From contig JBNMHO010000005.1 of NCBI GenBank assembly GCA_050872785.1, positions 919-64,918 of the forward strand: a stretch of 64,000 bases of DNA. The letters run 5' to 3'. The translations under genes were made by a program, and so were the position numbers. Every line of letters begins with the position of its first letter. Position 1 is the stretch's first letter. The notes beneath the pieces are model-generated. The model saw only the letters and a list, made by a program, of their open reading frames with translations, was not told the DNA's origin and made no database searches. Below, piece by piece: positions 8,543 through 15,606 of this stretch. The stretch comes from Clostridia bacterium. Its GTDB lineage: Bacteria > Bacillota > Clostridia > Christensenellales > UBA1242.

Positions 8543-10057
8543 TCACACCAGTGACAAAATCTTTTGCTTAAATGTTTCGTCAACATTCCCATTTTTGTCT
8601 TTCAAAATTCCCGATGAGAGAAGTTTGAGCAAATAATCTCTCTTGCTTGCAACGCTTTCGTCCAGCAAACTATCGCTCATAAATTTAATATCTTCAAGCC
8701 CAAGGTCAGAATTCTTCCAACAAACAACACTGTCCTTGCCATTTTCAAGAACTTTAAGCCTTGGCACAACGGCAAATTGCTTGTAAAGTCGCAAAATCAT
8801 TTTTGCAACATTTTTAGTCGCAATCTTAATTTCGTCAATAGAAGCAGAAAGTCGTTGAGTGTTTTGTTCGACCAAAATCTCAAGAGCCGTTCCGCTCATG
8901 TTTTTAAGTGAATAGTCGGAGTTAAGCATATCGCTCACGCCACTGATTTGAGAAAACTCACTAAGCAGCCTTTCTTCTTCATTTTCAAAACATTCTGGGA
9001 ACTTTTCTTCTTCCATAAACTTTGGTGGTGTTGCGTTTTGCCTATATACTACAATTCGCCCAGGTTCAAGCCCGTCATCTTCAAGAGCAGTTATGTCAAC
9101 AGAGCCTTCTTCCACTGTCAAAACACCCATGCTAATTCTGTTTAAATATTCATGTTTTCTGTTTCGCACAGCGTTGTATGCCCTTTGAACTGGAATAACC
9201 TTTTCAACAACACTTTTACCCCAAAACGAGCCAGTAACTCTTAAACACACTTGCTTAACAAACGGAAAGCCACGTTTTTTATCTGCAAGGTTGACGTATG
9301 GAAGTTCACCCACATACAAAAGTTTATCTTCACACACAACAACCACTCGCCCCTCTGGATATTCAACAGACGGACTTTCATATCTTTCCACCACAACAAA
9401 CATGTCGTCACTACTATCCTTTAAAATATCCACACCCCAAATGTTTTTAATCGCCTTACGGGAAAACTTTTTAGCATGAATAATACTTTCGCAGTCTTCA
9501 ATGTCCTCATGGTCGGCACTGTCTGGATAAATTTCATAAGGTGACACAACGTCAACTTGCACTTCGCCTTCAAAAACGCTTTTGCCGTCTTTGTCATAAA
9601 TCTTTTTGCCGCCACAGTTGTTCCAAGTGACTTTATAAAAACTTGTGCCAGCAATTTCGCTCCAATTTGTCGCTTTGTTTATAATCTGAGCAATGTTTAA
9701 CTTTTCATAAACACTTCTTAAAATATCTCTGCTCAAACTTGCAGTTTTAACATCGTTTTCGTTGTCACTTGTTGGCATGACGTCCATTTCTGGTCTGACA
9801 TAAACAAGTCTGGCAAGCCTACTTTCAACAATAGGTGCAATGTGGTTAAACACCTCATTCATTTGCCAACTATATCCGCCGCACTCGTCTTCTATGTCGT
9901 CAAAACTATTAACTCGCAAGTTCTGCTTCCCTTGCAAAAAGTCATTGTTCAGCCTCCATTGAGCCTCAAAAACCTTTCTATCCTTTTGTCTTTTTAGAAA
10001 GTCGTTCATAACCTCCAAAACCAAGTCTTGAACATACTCACTCTTTTTCTTTCTCAT
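8543..10057 (-). CDS. phage portal protein
   Basis: 504 aa, located after TerL and a small ORF and before scaffold and MCP. Its start overlaps the upstream stop. Size and position are typical of portals. Confidence 0.7.
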   Translation of the reverse strand: MRKKKSEYVQDLVLEVMNDFLKRQKDRKVFEAQWRLNNDFLQGKQNLRVNSFDDIEDECGGYSWQMNEVFNHIAPIVESRLARLVYVRPEMDVMPTSDNENDVKTASLSRDILRSVYEKLNIAQIINKATNWSEIAGTSFYKVTWNNCGGKKIYDKDGKSVFEGEVQVDVVSPYEIYPDSADHEDIEDCESIIHAKKFSRKAIKNIWGVDILKDSSDDMFVVVERYESPSVEYPEGRVVVVCEDKLLYVGELPYVNLADKKRGFPFVKQVCLRVTGSFWGKSVVEKVIPVQRAYNAVRNRKHEYLNRISMGVLTVEEGSVDITALEDDGLEPGRIVVYRQNATPPKFMEEEKFPECFENEEERLLSEFSQISGVSDMLNSDYSLKNMSGTALEILVEQNTQRLSASIDEIKIATKNVAKMILRLYKQFAVVPRLKVLENGKDSVVCWKNSDLGLEDIKFMSDSLLDESVASKRDYLLKLLSSGILKDKNGNVDETFKQKILSLV

Positions 10058-10338
10058 TTTTTCTCCTTTTCTTTACTTAATAAATCAATAAGTCTTTGTT
10101 TTTCCATTTCAAGTTCCTCGTCAGACATTTCTTCATAAACGCTGCTATTTTTCATGGCGAGCAGAACTTTGATTGACGCCAAATCTGGTGCCAAAACTTT
10201 TTTAGATTCTTTTCTTGATTTAAGCCGCAACACGTCACTTTCGCCGTCTTTCACATATTCTTCGACAACTTCCTTCGACACCCCACCTTTGGCAAGGCTG
10301 ATAAGCGACTTTTTCAAAATTTCTTCTTCGTTATCCAT
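10054..10338 (-). CDS. small acidic phage-island protein, unknown
   Basis: 94 aa, overlapping both the TerL stop and the portal start (translational coupling). Confidence 0.5.
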   Translation of the reverse strand: MDNEEEILKKSLISLAKGGVSKEVVEEYVKDGESDVLRLKSRKESKKVLAPDLASIKVLLAMKNSSVYEEMSDEELEMEKQRLIDLLSKEKEKK

Positions 10339-11782
10339 TTCCCCTCCTTTTCAGTTTTCTTAACAACTCCTCTTTGTGAAGTTGAATTTTGTTCTTCTCA
10401 CGCTGTGCAGGGCGTGGCCGTGACATAAGATAATATCTAAGTTCGTCCAAGCAGTGGTCGTCTTTCTTAACTGGCACATCGCCCGTTCCCCAGAAATAAC
10501 TCTTAAACTCCTCAATCATGTTTTTGCAAGTGGAGAAAATAAACAATCTAGATTTCCCTTCAGCATTTTTTATGTAGCTTTTAACTTGAGCAATGCCCGA
10601 AAACAAGTCTTTGTTCACCTTTGTGTTAACATTTATGCCCCGTTCATAAAACAACTCCGCAACACTTTTTGTTCCGTTTAGTGTCCTCTGCCCGCCGGCA
10701 CTATCAATCAAGGCGTCGTAAGTCCCAAATGAATTTGTCTTCCAGCCAAGCCGCTCACAAGTTTCCTTAATTTTTGCAGCGTGATAGTCAATGTCTTTGC
10801 CCGCTTCAAAATGTTCCGCCACCACAAAAACATTGCCGTCATAGTCCACCGCATACCAGTGGCACGAAAGTGGGTTGTTAAGCCCAGGGTCAATGGAGAT
10901 ATTGTCAAACCACTCCTTTGGGACATCAAACGGTTCAACAACATTCACATTTTGGTCAAAGTCCTTATACACAAGCCCACACGCCCCAACAAAATGCCCA
11001 TACTTTCTGCTTTCAAGGTCATCACTACTCAGTGACTTTTCAAAATGCTCCACTTCTTTTGGGTCAAGATAAGGGTTGTCTTCCCACTGCATTTGCTCAT
11101 ACCAAACCTCATTATCGCCGTTTCTGTTCATAAAAATTTCGTCATAAACCCACGACAAGTTTTTAAGCGGTGTCATTGTTCCAAAAATTTCTCCACATCT
11201 GTCCATAACTCTCATCTTACACTCAAGATAAACATCTTTTGACGGTTCTTCGTCAAACCAAACATAATCAAGACTTGTCCCTTGAAATTTCTCTCTGCCT
11301 TGGTCACAACTCTTAAAGCCAATAACACTCACCCCGCCAAAAACATTTTTTATCTTTATGTAGTCAATAACACCACCTTCGGCAAAATCTTTCCTCCCCG
11401 AAAGCATGGCAATGTCAACAATCCATTCGGGTCTTAAGTAACTTAAAATCTTCTTTTGAGCCACATCTCTTTGCACTTGCTGCGAAACGCTGACAACCCA
11501 CCCGCTTGTGTTTTTCTTGTTTTTCTTATAGGGGTGATTTCCCCTTGCAAGCCACACACATTCCACAGCACCACACTCTGTTTTGCCCGTTCTGTTTCCG
11601 CCAAACACCCACCTATTCCGCTTTTGACTCTTATGGAAGGCAATTTGTTTTTTATGTTTAATTTTTCCCGAGTTGTAGTTTGCGAGTTTATCGTTTTTGC
11701 GACTTTCCAAAATGTTATAAATCTTTCTCAACTTGAGCAAAATTTCTTTTAAGCTCCCGCTGTTTTCGTATTTTTCTTCCAT
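10331..11782 (-). CDS. terL: phage terminase large subunit
   Basis: Walker A GGNRTGKT, Walker B YVWFDEEP, and nuclease-domain motifs ISIDPG and HCLDELRY. The likely start is ATG 11782 (MEEKYENSG); the ORF-track start at 11866 is an upstream extension. Confidence 0.9.
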   Translation of the reverse strand: MEEKYENSGSLKEILLKLRKIYNILESRKNDKLANYNSGKIKHKKQIAFHKSQKRNRWVFGGNRTGKTECGAVECVWLARGNHPYKKNKKNTSGWVVSVSQQVQRDVAQKKILSYLRPEWIVDIAMLSGRKDFAEGGVIDYIKIKNVFGGVSVIGFKSCDQGREKFQGTSLDYVWFDEEPSKDVYLECKMRVMDRCGEIFGTMTPLKNLSWVYDEIFMNRNGDNEVWYEQMQWEDNPYLDPKEVEHFEKSLSSDDLESRKYGHFVGACGLVYKDFDQNVNVVEPFDVPKEWFDNISIDPGLNNPLSCHWYAVDYDGNVFVVAEHFEAGKDIDYHAAKIKETCERLGWKTNSFGTYDALIDSAGGQRTLNGTKSVAELFYERGINVNTKVNKDLFSGIAQVKSYIKNAEGKSRLFIFSTCKNMIEEFKSYFWGTGDVPVKKDDHCLDELRYYLMSRPRPAQREKNKIQLHKEELLRKLKRRGNG

Positions 11783-11883
11783 AATATATCCCTTTCGACA
11801 ATCTCTCCAACAATTTTTCCCTTGCATATTGCTAAAATAAAGACACAAACTTATTATCACAACCACTATAAAGGAGTTTTAAA

Positions 11884-12726
11884 TTGAAACATATCAACGA
11901 CCACTCATTTATCCGTTTTATTTTTGCAACTGCAATTTTGCTTGTTGTTTTGCTTTCTCCTTTTTTAAATTTTTTCCCACCCACCACCTATGCTTCCACG
12001 CTTACCACCTACACCTATGCCCGAGCAGAAACAAGCGGCGTATATTTATATAAGTCCGCCTCTTCACTTGACTCCTCAAACATTCTTTTTGAAATCCCCG
12101 AAACATATTTTGTAGGACTGCTTTCAAACTACGACAACAAGTTCTACAAAGTTATGTATCGTGACCTAACTGGCTTTGTCCTCAAGTCGTCTGTCACCCC
12201 CGTAAAAGAAACTCCCGAAACGCCCTATCTTGAAAACGTAACTTTCCGAGTGTTTTCGCCAGGTGGCACAGAACTTGTAGCCAACCCCACATCAAAAAGC
12301 CCAACAGTCATAACGACCGTTGAGCAGAACACAACATTAAATTATTATGGAAAATCCGTTGGACAGGAAAACATTTCTGGCAGAGGTTCAACGTGGTATT
12401 TTGGCACAACTACCACAGGCGAGCGGGGATACATTTACAAAGGTCTAACCGACCAACTATCCCACATTCCCATAAACTCCGAACGCACCACCGCAATTTC
12501 TTCTCCGTTTGGTGATTCAAACGACTATCTCTACAACTTAGTGGACATTTCACTAGGCTCAAAAATTTTGATAATTCTTCTTACAACCCTTCCCGTGGGG
12601 CTTCTTATTTATCTTCTTCTGAAACCCTACAAAATTGAAAAAACTCTTACATCACACACCTCCAAAAATAAACTTCATCCAAAAACCATTCGTCAAATTC
12701 AAGACCAAACAGATAACACAATCTAA
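11884..12726 (+). CDS. membrane-anchored protein with two SH3b-like domains
   Basis: TTG start 8 nt after AAGGAG. It has an N-terminal signal/TM segment, two segments with bacterial SH3-like signatures (YKVMYRDLTGFVLKSSV; GERGYIYKGL) and a C-terminal TM. It is the only plus-strand gene inside the island. Confidence 0.55.
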   Translation: MKHINDHSFIRFIFATAILLVVLLSPFLNFFPPTTYASTLTTYTYARAETSGVYLYKSASSLDSSNILFEIPETYFVGLLSNYDNKFYKVMYRDLTGFVLKSSVTPVKETPETPYLENVTFRVFSPGGTELVANPTSKSPTVITTVEQNTTLNYYGKSVGQENISGRGSTWYFGTTTTGERGYIYKGLTDQLSHIPINSERTTAISSPFGDSNDYLYNLVDISLGSKILIILLTTLPVGLLIYLLLKPYKIEKTLTSHTSKNKLHPKTIRQIQDQTDNTI

Positions 12727-12811
12727 TTACAATTTTCTTTTAAACATCCCATTTTTGCTATTTTGTTGTTATTTTTGTCTAAAATTTGCTATTTTTCATT
12801 CATTTTCTACA

Positions 12812-13345
12812 TTAAATTATTTTTCTTAAACGTTTTAGCAACAAATTGCACACAACTTCTGGGCAATCTTCAATGCTACCGCCCATTTTTTCATACGAAC
12901 ACAACTTTTCCATTGTTTCTTGCCAAAATATGCCCTTAAACACTTCGTTATACACTCTTTTTGCATTTTGAAAGTTCATTCTAAAATATCCTTCAAATCC
13001 AGTAAGAGCTTTTTGCTTTTTTCTGAAATATTCCCTTCTCGATAGACCCAATCTTTTTGCACAGTCATTGTTTGAAATTCCGTCAATAAAGTGATTGATA
13101 ATAAGCCTTGCGGAATACTCATCAAGTTGCACCAAAGTTTTGTCAGTAAGCACTTTTAGATTTATCATATTAACTTTTTGTTGCGACAGAGCGATAATCG
13201 CATTTGTTTGCCGATATGTTCCGTCCTCTTGCATTTGCACGGGCGAAATTGCCCTCGCTTCGATAATATTGTCTATGCTGTCGCACAATGCAGGCAACAG
13301 TTTATATATAGACAAAAACGATTTACACCAAAATTCAAATTTCAT
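12812..13345 (-). CDS. HTH DNA-binding regulator (sigma-70 region-4-like), putative late-gene activator of the island
   Basis: The likely start is ATG 13345 behind GGAGAGG. The segment DCAKRLGLSRREYFRKKQKAL looks like a region-4/ArpU-RinA-type HTH. It sits upstream of the packaging genes. Confidence 0.45.
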   Translation of the reverse strand: MKFEFWCKSFLSIYKLLPALCDSIDNIIEARAISPVQMQEDGTYRQTNAIIALSQQKVNMINLKVLTDKTLVQLDEYSARLIINHFIDGISNNDCAKRLGLSRREYFRKKQKALTGFEGYFRMNFQNAKRVYNEVFKGIFWQETMEKLCSYEKMGGSIEDCPEVVCNLLLKRLRKII

Positions 13346-13389
13346 TTTTTTTCCTCTCCAAAGAACTATTTTCGCCACCCTACATTTCA

Positions 13390-13418
13390 ATTTTATAAGC
13401 CACTTTTTCAAAAGTCAA
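13390..13418 (-). promoter_or_regulatory. sigma-70-type promoter for the island regulator
   Basis: TTGACT (13418-13413), a 17-nt spacer, then TAAAAT (13395-13390), about 45 nt upstream of ATG 13345. Confidence 0.5.
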
Positions 13419-13430
13419 GAAAGAGTGTCA

Positions 13431-13460
13431 TATTTTTTAATATTTTTTAATATTTTTTTA
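13431..13460. repeat. three phased 10-bp A/T-tract repeats (TATTTTTTAA x3), predicted curved DNA / UP-like element
   Basis: Exact 10-bp periodicity immediately upstream of the -35 element at 13413-13418. Confidence 0.6.
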
Positions 13461-13571
13461 CAAAATTTTTATTTTGACCCGAAAAAGCACCATTTTTGGG
13501 CAAAATTTAATCTTGATACCCCATAATACACCCCAAAATATGTCAAAATCGGTTCACAAATCGAGTTTTAT

Positions 13572-13585
13572 CAAACATTTGTTCG
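13572..13585 (-). promoter_or_regulatory. LexA (Cheo-box)-like site
   Basis: The minus strand reads CGAACAAATGTTTG, compared with the Firmicute consensus CGAAC-RNRY-GTTYG/C. It is about 160 bp upstream of the regulator promoter, and I saw no good promoter overlapping it. Confidence 0.3.
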
Positions 13586-13702
13586 ACAAAATAAAAAATT
13601 TATTTTTCAACTTTTTCACTCAAAATCTCAAAAATTAAGATTTTCGCCTTATTATATATTATATATTTTATATCTAATAAGTAACATATATAATTGTCGC
13701 AA

Positions 13703-13749
13703 TAAAAAAAGCATAAAATGTCATTCCTAACACTTTATGCTCGTTTTTT
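13703..13749 (-). terminator. bidirectional rho-independent terminator
   Basis: Stem GCATAAAATG/CACTTTATGC (13711-13720 / 13731-13740, one mismatch) flanked by an A7 run and a T6 run. Confidence 0.6.
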
Positions 13750-13760
13750 ATATCATTTAG

Positions 13761-13863
13761 TCATATTTTAATAAATTTTACCCATCATCATATATTTTTG
13801 TCATATTTTAATGAAATTTGACTTTTTTATACATTTTCTATTCATATTTCAATGAATTTTGAC
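13761..13863. repeat. three ~22-bp direct repeats at 40-41 bp spacing (iteron-like)
   Basis: TCATATTTTAATAAATTTTACC (13761), TCATATTTTAATGAAATTTGAC (13801) and TCATATTTCAATGAATTTTGAC (13842). They lie between the stop of the OB-fold gene and the terminator. Confidence 0.8.
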
Positions 13864-13903
13864 TAAATTTACATATTTTTTTTAATTTTAGGTGTAAAAA
13901 GTC

Positions 13904-14569
13904 TTATGCTGGTTGAATTTCCTCAGTTTTTTCTTCATTTTTCTCCGCTTCTTCGTCAACTAGGTGAATTTTGCCCATAGAAACTTCGTAGGCGACACGT
14001 GTTTCACTTTCCGTTTCAGAGATTTTCTTTTGATATTCCCTGCTTTGAACTCTGCCAATGACTTCAAGTTTTTGACCAACTTTTATGTTTCTTACATATC
14101 TTGCATTTCTGCCCCAAGCAATGCATGGAATGTAGTCAGATTTGTTGTAAGACCTATTTACAGCCAAAAGCACATCACAAATTTCTCTGCCAAAAGGTGT
14201 CACCCTAAACACAGGCTCTTTGCACACATAGCCCGCAACTTCCACAACATTTGGATTCATGCTGTCGTCCATTTCGATAATGTCACGCACAAAAACAGTA
14301 AGAAAGAGTTTGCTCTTGCCGTTTACAATTTTGTTGTAACTTCTATACTGTCCCTTAATTGCCACTTCCTTTTCAAGTTTAAAGTCGTCACCTGTCAAAA
14401 GTTTTTCTGACACAGTCACTGGAATGTAGTCAAAGTTATCCGAAAGTCTTGGGACTTTGAGGTTAAGTTCATAAAACGCCTCGCCAAACACTTCATGAGT
14501 GTATTTTGGCTCTGTTGTTACAACTCCTTTCAAGAATACTTTGTTGTTTTCCATCATTTCGTAATTCAT
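13904..14569 (-). CDS. SSB-like protein with two tandem OB-fold-like halves
   Basis: 221 aa. The two halves are similar (NKVFLKGVV..EPKY...IPVTV... and VVEVAGYVCKEPVFR...IPCIAWGRNA...V.GRVQSREY), and the C-terminus is acidic. AAGGGAGA RBS. Confidence 0.5.
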   Translation of the reverse strand: MNYEMMENNKVFLKGVVTTEPKYTHEVFGEAFYELNLKVPRLSDNFDYIPVTVSEKLLTGDDFKLEKEVAIKGQYRSYNKIVNGKSKLFLTVFVRDIIEMDDSMNPNVVEVAGYVCKEPVFRVTPFGREICDVLLAVNRSYNKSDYIPCIAWGRNARYVRNIKVGQKLEVIGRVQSREYQKKISETESETRVAYEVSMGKIHLVDEEAEKNEEKTEEIQPA

Positions 14570-14596
14570 TTTTATATCTCCCTTTGTTTTTTTGCA

Positions 14597-15376
14597 TCAG
14601 CATGCAATTTGTCGCCCTGTGTGGTCAATTCTTGTGTTTCCGTCAAGCAAAAGTTCGCTAATTGTCACAAACTTATATCCCCTAGATTTCAGTGTGGTGA
14701 TAATGGTTGGCAAGGCTTCGACAATATGGTCGGCATTGTTGTGGCACAAAATTATCGAGCCACTTTGCACTTTTTTAAGCACATTTGCAGCAATTTTCTC
14801 TGCAGAAATTCCTTTCCAGTCCAAGCTGTCCACATCCCACTGAATTGTTTTTAGATTTTGTTTTTCAGCAGCGGATAAAACTTGATTGTTATAAGACCCA
14901 AAAGGAGCCCTAAAAAGTGTAACTTCCTTGCCAGTGACGTTTGTTATCTTCTTTTTTGATGTCGAAAGTTCCAGTTCCATTTGCTCTGTGCTTAATTTCA
15001 CAAAGTCTGGGTGAGTGTTGCTGTGAGTTCCAATTTCAAGCCCTTGTTCGTCAATCTTTTTCACAAGTTCCTCATTTTTGTCCACCCACATTCCAACCAG
15101 AAAGAAATTTGCTTTAATTTGCTGCTCGTCAAGAATTTTTAAAATACTTTCCGTTTTGTCACTTCCCCACGCCGCATCGAAACTTATGGCAATTTCCTTT
15201 TGGTCGTTCTGCACGCAGTAAATTGGCAACTTCCTTGCCTTCTGCACGAATACACTGGCAAGGCTCTCCCCACCAAAATTAAAACTTAAAAGCATTGCGC
15301 AACACAACAAAAAAAGTGCAACTTTCATTGTCCTGCTTTTCAAAACAACAAACCATACTCTTGTATGCTTCTTCAT
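14597..15376 (-). CDS. polysaccharide deacetylase (NodB homology domain)
   Basis: N-terminal signal/TM, then FDAAWG, HSNTHPD and LCHN motifs typical of CE4 peptidoglycan/polysaccharide deacetylases. Confidence 0.8.
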   Translation of the reverse strand: MKKHTRVWFVVLKSRTMKVALFLLCCAMLLSFNFGGESLASVFVQKARKLPIYCVQNDQKEIAISFDAAWGSDKTESILKILDEQQIKANFFLVGMWVDKNEELVKKIDEQGLEIGTHSNTHPDFVKLSTEQMELELSTSKKKITNVTGKEVTLFRAPFGSYNNQVLSAAEKQNLKTIQWDVDSLDWKGISAEKIAANVLKKVQSGSIILCHNNADHIVEALPTIITTLKSRGYKFVTISELLLDGNTRIDHTGRQIAC

Positions 15377-15502
15377 AATAACTCATTTCTCCTTTTCACA
15401 TTAAGCCTTTTTTGTCCTTATGTGTCTAGTTTTGTAGAAACATTGTCCTTATTTATAGTTATTATGTCTGTTGCTCAATTATTCATTTCAAAATGTTCTT
15501 TC

Positions 15503-15535
15503 CTAAAAAGAAAAGAGTGCATTTAATACACTCCT
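15503..15535 (-). terminator. probable terminator after parC
   Basis: Short stem GAGTG/CACTC (15515-15519 / 15529-15533) followed by a U-rich run on the minus strand. Confidence 0.4.
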
Positions 15536-15606
15536 TTCCATAAATCATATTAAAACATTTCTTCATCTTTTGTTTTTTAATTTAAGTCAAATTTGTGTAT
15601 TTCTTC

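Larger units (their letters stand above)
3311..13418 (-). mobile_element. compact phage-like island with head morphogenesis, holins and a regulator (prophage remnant, satellite or domesticated element)
   Basis: Co-oriented block: regulator, TerL, 94-aa ORF, portal, scaffold-like, MCP, 125/208/481-aa orphans, BhlA-like holin and a second holin-like gene. It is bounded by a terminator on the left and its own promoter on the right, and flanked by housekeeping genes (rnj side, parC side). Confidence 0.75.

Noticed and set aside
11783-11866. N-terminal extensions suggested by the ORF track for TerL (11866), parE (20819), rnj (1965), rpsO (40794), secD (45889), ruvA (52925), the SUFU-like gene (54297) and the regulator (13411).
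   Set aside because: In each case an internal start has a good Shine-Dalgarno sequence and gives the canonical family N-terminus. The extensions contain atypical sequence or overlap RBS or promoter elements.
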